The notes under the pieces: generated by a model
What the model was told of the DNA's origin: nothing
Database searches by the model: none
The model's input: only the letters and a program-made list of their open reading frames with translations
Program-made: the position numbers and the translations under genes
Part shown: positions 48,176 through 62,100 of the stretch, one piece after another
Layout: the number at the start of each line of letters is the position of its first letter
How positions within the stretch are numbered: position 1 is the first letter of the stretch
NCBI RefSeq assembly: GCF_964355755.1
Contig: NC_092679.1
Span: forward strand, 11,329,432 to 11,393,431
Length of the DNA: 64,000 bases
Reading direction: 5' to 3'
Source: Antedon mediterranea
Lineage: Eukaryota; Animalia; Echinodermata

Positions 48176-49496
48176 GGACAGCTTCTCTATTTTGGACACA
48201 TCACTTCCTATCTTTCAGCAGTGCAGTCGTACCGTATAATGATAGCTGCATGCATCTGCATTTAATTATTACTATATAGTATTAATAATCTATTTTATAA
48301 TCGGATATAATCAGTAGTCATAATTTGACAATTGAGCACGCATTTGATATCTACATCGTCATTAATAATTAATTATTCATATGCTATTTCACAATATCGG
48401 AAAATAACATTAGCCGAACTTCAGAAGTAGGCCCTACACATTTTACAATGATTGTTTAGGCCTATTTAATAATTTTATCTATTGAAATATTATTTATTAA
48501 TCTTATAAAATGAATATAATAATTTTAAAATTAAGATAATATACACTCAATACCATAAAATATTATAGTTCGGATATAAAAAGTTAAAGAAAATTAGAGA
48601 TCACAACTTAAAGTAATAATGGATATAATGACTTCAACCAAAATAATTTTATAAAACTTAAAACTATACACTTCATAAATGATATAGGCCTAAATATAAC
48701 TGTAGTATATTATATACATTCAATTACTACTGTAATTTTGATAAATTAGTTTTGACATTTTTAGTCGCGTGCAAACACGACTCTGTTGGTCGTGTAACGT
48801 GTATTATTATGAGCTATATATAACTGGTCCTTTTAAGGTGATTCAAATTATTGGCTTAAAAGCTATGATTCTTACTTATTTTACGATGGGAAAATAAAGG
48901 TCGGGAGGTTAATACACTAGTGGCAAGCTACTTGAGAGGCTCCATATGTCGGTGGTGAACAACCACGTTGTTCAGTTATTTAGAAGTAGGCCTAGATTGT
49001 ATCAGGTACTAATTATAGTAATACTATATAAAACGTACATTTATATCAATTTTTTTATAACGACACTAATTTAGAGAAAGAAACCATGGAATTGCAATAT
49101 CGGAACCTATGGCGCGCACAAACTGTCATTTATTCAGGCAATTATTTCAGTTTTTATATCTCTATTATCCCAATTAGAGAAATTAATAATTTCTTTAATA
49201 ACAAGAACACTTGGTATAGACGACGCATGGGGTTTTTAAATAAAGATGCATCATTACACTTAAAATGCGTGTCGTTCTTTTCAGTATCGGTCATCAAATT
49301 TTATTTTATTAAGACTTTCATAATTATATTATTTATTAGACGGTTGCTTAAATAATCTGTTCTTATATTCATGGTAAATAAATTAATTTTAAAGTGTTAG
49401 TGTTTGTAGAGAAGGTCGGTGAAATAAAATTAATATAACTGTCAATCTTTGAGGCTACATTTTACAACCTTCTGTCTCATGCTTGAGTAGGCTCAG

Positions 49497-49740
49497 CACA
49501 CAAAATGAATTTTGTCGATACAAAATGCATTTTGTCGATAAAAAATGCATTTTGTCGACACAAAAAATGAATTTTGTCGACACTGATTGAATTTGTCAAC
49601 ACAAAATGAATTTTGTCAGCACAAAATGAAGTTTGTCAGCACAAAATGAATTTTGTCCACACAAATTGAATTTTGTTGACACAAAATGAACTTTGTCGTC
49701 TCAAAATGTATTTTGTTGACACAGAATGAATTTTGTCCAT
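49497..49740 (+). repeat. 20-bp tandem array (acaaaatgaattttgtcgac), units internally palindromic
   Basis: About 12 units visible, decaying to ~49830; probably a transposon subterminal array. Confidence 0.85.
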
Positions 49741-52700
49741 ATAATTAGAATGAATTCTATCGTTACAGAATTGTTTTTTTCGAATAGAATAAATTATGTG
49801 TCACATAATTGTATTTTGTTGACAAAATGAGTGATGTCCCGAACGGCGCCCCTTAAAATTCACCACACCTATTGGGTTGTCTTCATACACCAAGAGTTCC
49901 ACGTGCAATGTGCCTTTTTTGTCTGAGAAATATTTATTAAAGTGATATCATGCCTCCTTTATTCTTCAAATCATTTAGAGAAAAAGCATGTACCATTACA
50001 TTTCATTTTTTATCAAATTTTGTGAATATACCGACGTGAGGCTTGACTACATCAAAACCACGCCATTTATGGTTATCATAAGATAAGCCAATACATGCTA
50101 AGCTTTCCGAGTCCGATTATGGGGGGTGGGAGGGGGGAGGAGGGGTGTGTGTGTGGGGTGTATGTGTTGTGTTGTGCCAGTGGCTCACAGTGACTTGGTG
50201 TGTCCGAAACCCCCCGCGGTCCCGATCCATGTTATGTTATCCAATGTTATGTCACCCATGTTTAGCCATGGATTAATGGTTTACTGCCGGAAAAAGTTAC
50301 GATGTTTTGCCGATTGCTGTGCGATACAAAGAGTGTCCATTAATATTGTTCTACTCCGGCCAACTAGAGGTGCTATTTGTCATTTTGTTGGATAGTACGA
50401 TTTCTAATCTAATGGTGTCAAACAAAATTCGCTTCTATAGTAAGTTGTGTTAGTGCCTGGACCCCTACGCCTATAAATCCTGGATCTGCTCCAGACACTC
50501 AAAAGCACCAAATTACCCGTCACTCCTTGGATATATATTATAATACGGTAGTACTTATTTTGTTTGGCTAAATTTAACCGTTTATTTTGTCTCTTTATAA
50601 GTGAAATCATTCTTTGCGTGGAAAAATTGAATGAAATTGAATAACTTTATTAAAAGCTATAGCTTCGAATGGCCAATTCAAAATCTGATCTGAAAAAGTT
50701 TTTGGGGACAGTACATTCTTTAAAAATAATACTAGGTAATCTTAGAAAGAAGCCGAGTTAGATAGATTTTAAGTAAAATTAAGATTGATTTCAGTGATCG
50801 TCAGCTAAAATATCATAAGTAAAATTTTGAGGACATTTCTGTAGGCCTATAATGATTACAACCAACCCGTTGTACTAGATTTAATCATTTTTGCCGTTTC
50901 TAAATTAATCAATTCAGATATCAACGGACAGTTATTCTGTGTCTGTAATTGTTATATTACAATGAAAGTTATAATAGTGGCCTGAGCATAGATTTGGAGG
51001 TATAGGTCTGCCAACGGTGAAGACATTTTTGAATTGTAACAAACATGCAGATGTCCTGAAATATAGGCGGAAATGAATAATTTCACAACCGATTCCAAAA
51101 AACCAGTGCCACAACAGGGATTCAAAACTTATTTAATTATTCGTAGTTCCAATTACCGTAGACCGAAAGTTTTCTTGAATCAATAAAAACTAACTAATTC
51201 AACTCTCAAACATGCAGTATTTGTTATGTAAAACATACTGGATGTAGTTGTTGTTGTTGTAGTGGTTTTATAATATGATAAACATGTTTAACGAGATGTT
51301 AAAACAGATTCCACTTTATTCCTCGATGATAATTCAAAATTACACCAATTCAATTAACCCATGATAAATATGAATTATCAAGTACTATTTTCGACAAACA
51401 TTGTAAAATATTTCTGACCATGACCACACGAAATGTTATATATATATATATATAATACAATTCCTTCTCAAACTTAATTTTTTACATCTCTAAATTTTTA
51501 ATCTTTTTCAGTTTACTTTAATATTTTGTTTTTACTTACTATATAAGTTTTATATTTGAATACCTTTTCAGTGGTTTGTCATGACAAAGCATACTTTGTA
51601 AATGGTTTTTCTGTAATTTATTTACTGTATACTTGTTGCACATTTCATTGGGACTGTTCCTCTGATATAAAAGAGAAAAAAAAAGTTCAGTCCACACCGT
51701 CTTATTTTTCAGTATTATGAGAATTGCCAACAAAGGGAAATTATTGACTGTCGTCAAGTGAAAACAAATATTGTTCAGGGACTAAAATCTATACGGTTAA
51801 GAAATCAAATGTTCATCATTGGCTCATCCGACCGATCAGTTAGACTGTGTCTAACATTGATTAGAGAGTAAGTTCGAATCCTATACTATTCGTTTGAATG
51901 TTGGGATATTCAGTGGTTAGGTTCTTATTATGTATATATGAATATGTATTTCTTTACATATATGTGGGTGTGTAGGTTAATACTTGAAACTATCAGTGTA
52001 TACTATACAATGAATTTAATGTATGTAGTTAAGTATAAAAGTACAGTCAATGAGTAAACAATAAGTTTGTAATTATAATCAATAGGCCTATACAAATGGA
52101 TTTGTAAATAGATAATATAAACAAAAAAAGAAAGTAAATAATCCTTTGTATAATGTTCAGTAACTATACAGAAAACAATGCAAACAGATGGTTTAACCAA
52201 AAAATACTAAATGAAATATAAATGAATGTGATTTAACAAATATATGCCAGTAATGGTAGGATACTAAATGTTAAAATTATAAATGATATTAAAGAGGAAA
52301 AAAAGAAGAAAAATTAGTTAGAAAATGTTTGGAAATTATGTATTATTCATGAATTAATTTAGCCACATCGTGTATATTTAAACAAAAAGAAACAACATAC
52401 ATATGTTTTAAGTTAATAAGTACACAATTTTTATTAAAGATAAACACTGACATTTTTAACTTTAACGCTGAACCTAAAAAAAGTTGGTATGTTTAAAAAA
52501 AAAAACACAAGTATTTGACCTGATAAATCATACTATGTTCCTCTTATATAATGTTTATTTCTTAATATATTTGGTAAATGTAGATTAAATTACTTCTATA
52601 ATCATGTAGAAATGATGATAAATACAAACTGATAACACAGTGCTTTTTAAAAAATAAAAATAATACAGTATATTTATTATACTGAAAATGGTTGCTTTCC

Positions 52701-53130
52701 TCTGTGACCTCTTTATAGTACTGTAGCCTAATTATATTTAAACATTCAACTGATTTTACTTAGTAGCAGTAAATCAACACTTTCTTATAAATGAATAAAT
52801 TGAATCAAACTAACATTATACATTAAAGTATGTTAAACAGGAAAACAAACATAGATTCTGGCATTTTTAAAAATTTAATTTTATACATATTGTCTACATT
52901 CAATCATTATTTTTTTTAATCATATGTGTCCACAAGAGTATTCTTAAAATTTGAGAATCTATTATTCCCCACACAATATTAAACTATGCTGGATAACTTT
53001 AAAAAAAAATTAGTTTATGAAATATTACAAAATAAATTGTAGCAATGCATTATTTAATTTGACGAAACCTTCAGAGCTTTCGGTTAAAATTAAAGGATGC
53101 ATTTCTTTGGTATTTCATCTTGTTTATCTT

Positions 53131-56100
53131 CTAATGTACAAAAAAACTGTACTCATTCAAAGGTGGATAGTATATATCTTTCTTTGAGCTGCAGTTACCT
53201 AGGTTTGTCAATCTCTTTTGTGTTGAGCCTGGGCAATTCCTCAGAGTGAAGTTCTTGTTGTAACATATCTCAACTTGCTGCAGAACTACTTGTTCTTTAT
53301 TCTTAATTCATAAACAAAAAACCACAATAATTATTTTAAATAGTATTAAAATATACGGACATCTGATAAAAATAACAACACCTTTTAAATTTACAATGTA
53401 AATTTTTATTGGTAGCTGCACTTGAAATATATTTCTTTAGTTACCTATCTTCATCAGTGATAAATTGATTTGTTATACACATTAAAAACTGTGATTAAAC
53501 ATCTCCGGAGACAACAACAACAATAAGAATAATCAACATTTATAAATAATATAAATATATTTATAAAGTCCCCACAATTTTGTTACCAAAGGCACGTCCT
53601 CAAATTTGCTAAATAAATACAGTAAGTTGTTAAATTAATTTTAAATGAATTAAAAGTGGGTGAATGTTTTAAATACAGGATGCAACAAGGGAAAATGTAT
53701 GACTACCATAAGAAACTGGACAAATAGCAAATAATTTGTTAACGTAACACAACAATTTATATAAATCTTGGGGTACCTGCGTCATTTTCTTGATTGTTAT
53801 TTGTTTGTATATTTTTGCAGTAAAGAAAAGTGTAATTTGCTCAGTATTTCTGCATTGAACTTTTATTGTAAAATTATTATGAGATACTTTAGTTGTGCTT
53901 GCTACATTGATTCCAAAATATCTAATAATCTAAATAGAAATTAAAAATTGGTGATGTATGAAAATATTGTTTTATAGTTTAAATGATATAATATAATTTT
54001 GGAGGAATGATGATCAATTCAAAATGTTATGTATATAATGTTAATTACTGCGAAGCAGTTTTGCATCAGGGAGTTTAGAAATTGGTCAGGTGTTTGCCTT
54101 ACAAAAAACAAAGGGCTCAGTAGTAATAGCATGGACAACATCTGACCAATTATCTAGCTTCTTGATGCAAATCTACATTGAAGTAGTATTATCATGCTGT
54201 TTGTGCAGTACTCGCTGCTTCTTTGGGATCAAATCTAACCCTAAGCATCAGTGTATGCCTGATGGTCTAGAGTTATGAATACCAGGCTGGTGATCTTGAG
54301 GTTTTGGGTTTATTTCCCAATTTCAAATGATTTAAATCAAATTCAATTAAAATTTGTTGAACTTACATAGAAGCACAATACTTTTGTTGTTACATTAAAC
54401 GCCTTAAACAAAACACTGTTAATATTCGACAGGGAATAATTTCTTCCAGGCAAAATATGTCCAGATTCAAGGACACTGAAAAAAAACAACCAATAATCAA
54501 ACATTTATATAGCGTTAAAACATTAGGTATTCAGGTGCGGATAAACAGGCTTAAACCCCTTAAAATTTAACAGCCATGTCTTTTTATCTCTATAAAAAAA
54601 AATAGAACACTGACTACACATTGAATGCAAATCAAATCAAAACACCATCGACTCTGTGAGAACGATCAAACAATCGACGGTTCCTGGCAAAAAAAGTATG
54701 ATCGTATTGTTAAATTACATACATAGGAGTGTCATTTCCGGGCCTAGTCATTTGGGAGGTGCCATTTCATCCTGAATTTTATTTGTACCATCATTTACCT
54801 AAATCGCTTAGCCACAGGCCCCACTATACTTAGCGGTCTGCCCCTGGGTATTGTACAAGGAATCATTGGTCAAAGTTTGCATTATAAATATATACCTAGT
54901 TGTAAGTTAATTAATTTCTTAATCTATTAGTACTACAGTTAAGGCGTTTTTAAAATGTTTTTAGCGTTCCGTGCGCGTAAAAATATGCGCTCGCGTTTTC
55001 ACTTGCTTAAAATGACATGAAACGCTTAGAAAGTTGATTAAATTGATTTTCGCATTTTGAATTTTTAAACGCGCATAACTTTCAGTAAAGCATGTCATTT
55101 TTTTTCCACAGAATGTTAGCGCATGATATAAATTAAAATTTTGCTAAGTTTCAATTGAAATTGTTATATGGTGTTCGATCTATGTTAAATGTGCGAAATT
55201 CATAAAATCATGCGTAACTTACGCTGCGCGATGCTAAAGTCATATAACAAAGTTACGTACACATCTATAGGTCAATCTTATGACAAACTTATACAATCAT
55301 CTTATGTTGGCCAGAATTAGAGATACGCTGCGAACAAATTTTGTGGAAAGAAAGAAGAATATAGAAAAAAAAATCTCATGACAATAACAAGGGGTTATCC
55401 GCCAAGTGCGGATAACCAATGAATTGTTTAAAGTAATCATTTAAGAAAAATTGTATGACTAGAAAAATATCATTTAAAAGTTTCTTTAATGTACTTTAAC
55501 TTCCAGATTTGTAGGCAGTAAAATGATAATAAACTAAATTATGCTTTGAGTAATGTACCAACTAAGCTTGGTTCACACTACAGACGCAACGCAATCGAGT
55601 CGACCAATCACAAGCGATATATTATTCGAACAGTCGCTTGTCATTGATCAACTTGCTTGTGTTGCGTCCCAGTGGGAACCAAGCTTTATACTACAGAAAT
55701 AAGTGTATCAATATCAACATGTTAGTGTCAATATAGCAAATTCCATTCATGATATGATTTTCTGCCTAACATTACTGTAAGTGTCTTCAGAATAGTTTCA
55801 TCATAATTTGGCAAGTTGTATCAATGTGATGAACTGGCCTGGGAAAGGTCATTAAGGCAAAGGTGAAACGACAATGTTTCCTTTGCATTTCCTTCTGGTT
55901 TGAAAATTAACCCATTGATTTGGAACACAGGGTTATAAACCTAAAGGATAGATTACAGCAGTACTAAGTGAAGTACTAAAATGACATTGAACAATTTCCC
56001 TACGATCCAATGGCCTATCTAAAGATATTCATTCAAATACAATGGGAAGTTTGCGGCCTAGGTCATATCATGGATCAGGTTCATGGTCATACCTTGTGCT

Positions 56101-59100
56101 CGGCTAGCCTGTGTTTTCCTAATTTGATGATGCAAAATTATCCATGAATTTGTGAGTTTCCCATGTCGCTTCAGTATATTTACAAAAGTTAGAGGGTGTT
56201 GTTTTTTTAAACAGCAATATACAAGAATATACAGCAAAACTAATGTTTGGTTTAAACAATTCATCTAAATTTAGAGAAATTACTCTATTTTTTATTTTAA
56301 AACAAAATTCGCCCAAGGCTATAGGCTAGGCTACTGACTGAATAAACAATTCAGAGAGGTTTTTTTTGGGAGCAGAAATGGGTCTAAATATCGTGATCGT
56401 TTGTGGATATTATATTATACGGTATATTCCAATATAATGTAACCCATTTTCTTTTTTGACCCATGACATGAGGTGATAGTTTGCTGTGCTTTTCTTAAAT
56501 TACTCAAGCACACATGGGTAGCAAGGGACAATATGTGTATGGAGAATATACTGTATAAACAGTTTATGCTATACAAATGTGCGAAGGACTAAAAAAGGAC
56601 ACCAAAGTTTATAAACTCAAATGGAATTAAGGCAAAATTTGGGATTGACTTGTCCCAAAACACGCTAACAAAAGTATAATGTCTGTAAGAACTAAAATTC
56701 AAAATGAAAAGATAGGTCAAACAAACTTCCAACACAGGAATGGCAGTTTTGGTAAAAAAATTAGAATTTTAAGAACACCACCCAAGAAGTAATTTAGCAG
56801 AAACGGGGTAGCTCAAAATAAGGTATATAATAATATATAACAACAATAATACCATATTTTGAGTCATTTTTAGCAGAAACAAGCCCGAAGAGTTATTTGA
56901 ATTTAGAGAAATTATTTACTTGCCAACCTCGGCCAAGATCATAGGCAAGGCCTACTGTATCCATGAGAGATGCTTGTATGTGAAAGTGAATGTAATCAGG
57001 ATGGGATCATACTCGAGGAGGTAGTACCTGAGGGATATGGGTGTAGCCTGAATGGCAGATTTTAGGCAACCTGGATGGGAACATTGCCATAGAGGAACAC
57101 ATTTTGAGCTTTGATTCTATTGCAGTTGCAATTACATTACATAGCAGATTTGCAAAAAAATGTGCATACTTAGTCAGACTCAAGTTATTATGTAGATCAA
57201 TTCCTTTCTGGAAATAGTTCAATTCACCATTTATTGCTGAAGTGTTCTCACCACAGGTTCCGTGTTTGCACCACTCATGTTGCCTAGAAAGTAAGAACAT
57301 CTAAAAATAAACTAAAATCCTTTTCAAATTGTGTTGTTATATTTGTATAATTATTGGGATGACATAAATAAACTCCTGTCATTAATTACTGTATTTTTGT
57401 ATTTTGTTGGAAGTTAAACTTAAAAATACATGGCCTGTAATAAAAACAACCAACCAAAGGAACTAAACTGCTAAAACTTGAAAATAGTTCCTTTCTGTAA
57501 ATTAATGGATAAGAAACTTCCTCATTGAGTTTGTTAAAGCAAATAAGATTCTCAAAATTAAAAAAACAGAAGTTGTAAGCAAATCTGGTAGCGAATAACA
57601 CAAACCTCAATTCAATACCATAATTAAACATAGATCAATTATTTGTAGGTCTACGTGCCCATTTCTGTTTTATTGATTTATTCTAATGTTAAAATTTATG
57701 AATTCATCTATCTAATTTGCTGGTCTGTTTTTGTTTTATTTTATTGGAAACTTTTTTTAATTGTAAAGGGCATATAAGCTTTTGCATTGCTCCTATCAAT
57801 CCAAATTCCTTATTAATTATCCTTTTTATGTATTTTAACCTATGATGCGTTGCCAAATATTATCAAATGAAAAAAATGAAATAAAAGCCTTTTTGAAGAA
57901 ATAGTTACCAGAATACTGTAAATGGATTCTCCAATATTAGATTTGGCCATGTTTGGTTCAGTTGTTTTACCAAAGGCTGCCAAAAAATATATTATAAATT
58001 AAGATAGCTTTTAACAAAGTGTTCATGTATTTATATTGACACTGACAGCTGGCTTTGTGATCTAAATATTGAGTTTGATAATAGATGTCATTCAAATTAT
58101 TGACACACAACTTTTAACAAATATCTGCATATTGCCCGTGTGTTTGTAAACAGCTCTTATTATTCAACTAAATTCATTTGTCATGTACATGAAGCATTAA
58201 CTACAGGTCACATGTAAAAAGCAAACAATGCACACATACACCTGCCAATTCCAAATACAGTTACACAATATGCTTCAAAAATTGAAATTACTGTACACTG
58301 AATAAAATGTATACATTTCTTAAATTGAATTAATACCAAAGTCAGTACATAGCAACAGAACTTGGTTTATTCTGAATCAGTTCATTACTTACAGTTATAG
58401 TCGAATCATTAAACATTTGTGGAGAATAGCAGTATTCTGGATTTGTTCCATTTTCCAGTGATGGCCTATAAAAAAACAACAAAATTAACTCCATTATCCT
58501 AAAAAATTATGAAAAATAACAACCCCCATCAACTATGTTCCAAATTAACTAAACCTCACGTCAACTTGGTACTGTAGACGTTTTTTTGCGACCGGACAAT
58601 TCTTCGACAGGACATTTGCCAAACAGGAAACTTTGCCTACAGCACATTTAGCCAACAGGTCATTTCGCCAACATGGCAATTTTCGCCGAAAATCTTACGA
58701 GGTTCATTACTATACTTACAATACTGTTTCTATTTAAAATTCATTGATCGAGTGCCTTTGCTAAGTACAGTGTGAATAGCATCGCCACCCCCATACCTTG
58801 TGGTACTGCAAGTGTGGTAACAAAGGATTGTTCGTTTTGTTGCTTCCCAATCCAAACACATTTACATAGTTTTTCAAAACTTTCAACATTTGGATTTCGC
58901 CATCTTGTATTATGTGTGTCAGTATATCTAAAAGTGTATTCCCTCGCACATAGCAAAAGAACTGGTCATATTGACACATGTGTTGCACTTTTCATCGAAG
59001 CGCGGAATCAAAACAAACAAGTACAGTACGTTGAAGCAATTGTTTGCTGAACTATGTTGTTATGCAAATGAGTAGAATGTTGCCGTCATCCGTTATTGTT

Positions 59101-62100
59101 TAGGTGCTAATGCGGAAACTCCCTATTTCATAATTTGATGATGCTATGGCTTTTTCTGCTGACATTTTGCAGGTATGCACATATTCAGTGGTGCTTTGCC
59201 TCTTGTGGTACAGGTTGCTTGCCTGCTTGTGTTGCAGGGATATGTTCATCTAACCTGTCATTTATCCTATTTAGTAAACATATTGCTAATATTTTCCCAA
59301 GAACCGACAGGTACAGTATGATGGGCCTGATGTATTTTGGTGGACCCTTTTTCTTGGCTGGTTTTGGAATTGGGTGTAATATGACTTGGTATTAAATATA
59401 GTTCTGCTATGTGATTAAAAACATCCATATGTGCATGTTTTGCCATCAGAATATACTTGGTCACTTCCTGGACTTTCATTGTTTTTTAGGCATTTGGCTG
59501 CTTTGTCGGGTGTAAATGGAGACATCAACACTGTTTACATTTGTTTTGTCATTCAGTAAACATCCGGACACAGGCCCGTATGCAGCATTTGTAATGGGGG
59601 GTGCGAGCGAAGCGAGCAACAATGGCTGGGGGCCAGGGGGCCGCCAAGGGCCCCCGGTCAGGGTCGAGGGGCCGAAGGCCCTGGCAAAATTTGCGTTATT
59701 TGACGTTCTAAAGACTGATTTAAGATTCTTTGTTGTGGCTTGAGCTAGTTGAACGATGGACACCAGAACTTAATGCTTTCGGCCAACTCAGACAGCGTTG
59801 TACGACGCTGTCTGAGGCGCCGTATTCGATAGTGTCTATATTTCCAGCAAACACTTTAACTGCGTACCGCGTACATGAAGCGCTAAGCTATTGCTTGTCG
59901 TCACATGATCGACTGCGCATGTTTTACATCGAGTTTGTAGTCAGTTCAGATTCTGTAATTTAATTACCGGTATTTTTTCGTTTTATATTAACATATTTTT
60001 GTTTGTATACCATTGATAATGTAAATTTTGTATATATATAATGATATTGTCTTTAGTTAAACAAGACAAGAAAAAATACCAACCGAGGAAATAGTGGACC
60101 TTTTGGGACTTGGGGGGGGGGGGGGTGCGTCTGCACCCAACGCACCCCCCTGGATACGGGCCTGGGACATATTGCATCATTTTTAATGGTTAATTACATG
60201 TGCCAGAAATTGTTTATATATTTATTCTTGTATTCACTTTTTTATATTGACAGTTCAGTAGTAACACAGGAAGTTTGTCTTGTTTTATAAAGGAAAATTT
60301 TAAATTGGAACGAAATGTTTCAAACTAGTTCCTTTTACAGTTGTAGCATAGTGCATGGTCCACTATCATCTACAAGAAGATCGGACATCCATCATAAGTA
60401 AATTTAGTCACCATATTATTTCATTTTAAATTAAAATTTGTATTATATTCTATTCAAGGATAAGTAATATTGTAATAATGTGTTGAATTGAATTGGCAGT
60501 TTCAAATGGACGGTTTCAATGTCTTAATACCAAAATATATAAAAGATATATTCCTAGTAAAGTTGAAATCATTGTTAAGTTAAGGCTATTTTAATGTTGC
60601 CGGTGTTCGTAACATGTTTAAACGTTTTCAATTTAGTTCAAAACGCATATATATGTGTACTGATGACCACAAATATTGTCAGCAAAGTATCCTGTCTCCA
60701 AAATGTAACCTTTCGGGCTATTGTCTGCCAATCAAATTGTACTGTGTGTCAGTCAACCGTATAAATGGCAGAAAAATAGTATCAGCAAACTTGTCTGTTT
60801 GTTGTTGAGTGGCTGTCGGCCAATTGTTTGTCAACAAAATGTCCTAAATAACAGTGTTAAATTAGTACTTACCAAAGGCCATGTATAGTCCAGGTTTTTA
60901 CATCACTTGGTATAACACATTTGTTCTAACAAAGAGACAGACATATTAAATTTGAAGTAAATCCTTACTTTTTTTACCTAATTAATTAACACATTTACTG
61001 CACTTTCACTGTGAATCCCACCTCTGTGCAGAGATTTTTTTTAAAGAAAAATCATAAATGGGTGATTTTTAAATACATTTTTAAGAAAGTACTAAACAGG
61101 TTTGATTTTTAAAAAATGAAAATCATATTACACAGCCTTGAAGTAGAAACTAGGAAATTTGGGCTTCTTTGTTCCTATTAACAATCAATTTACAGTTGAA
61201 CATTAGATTATAATTTAAAACGGTCCTACTAAACACCACCAGATACCTACCAAAGCAACAAATCATACCACCAGAGAGCAGCCATTTGCTTGGAATTGAT
61301 TATTAATGGTATATTATAAATTTCAAAAGCTGAGTTTGATCATCATAATAATAACGAAACAAACGTTCATCCGTGTCTCTTGTGTATTATATTCAGCGGT
61401 CAACTGTGAAACCTATACAACTACTGTATGTTCACACAATTTGTCTTTTTTTGTAGTAGAAATGTATTCTTTGGTTGATATTTTTTGGTCCTTTTTTAAT
61501 GAAACCATAGAATTGGCAACAAAATGAATAAAAATGGTTGTGTAAATTGGATTTTTAGTCAAGCGTTTTCAGCTTACATTCTCAAATTCTGGAGAAAAAT
61601 GTACAATCGGACATCTTTAAAAAATTAGTACAAAAAAAAAAATGACGCAAAAAATGAATGGAGGCTATTTTTTGCAAAACAAGGTTTAATTGGATGCGAC
61701 GAACATGGTTTAAAAAAAAATGGAAAATAAATATGGTTTCATTAAAAAAGGACCAAACAAATATCAACCAAAAGAATACAAATTTCTACTACAAAAAAAT
61801 ACAAATTGTGTGAAGTTATGTATTCATTTTTAAATGTATAGTGTACAGAAAAGAATTTCTGCTTTTATTTGACCAAATAAATGATGTGAAAGCGTTATTT
61901 ATTTTGAAATGTTACAGTTTACAGAAATTAATTTATTTAACCATTGGTAGCGCCTCACAGTTGACCACTGAATACAATACACAAAAGAAATAGATGAACA
62001 CGTTCATTTCGTTACTATTTAGTATTATGGTGATCAAATGCATTCGATTCTGGCATTGCGACGGCGAGAAATTCACTTTTAACTTCAACTTTATCAACTT

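Noticed and set aside
43790-52200. Numerous 60-90-aa ORFs in the AT-rich intergenic region
   Set aside because: Low-complexity I/L/F/K/N-rich translations with no motifs and no consistent splice chain.
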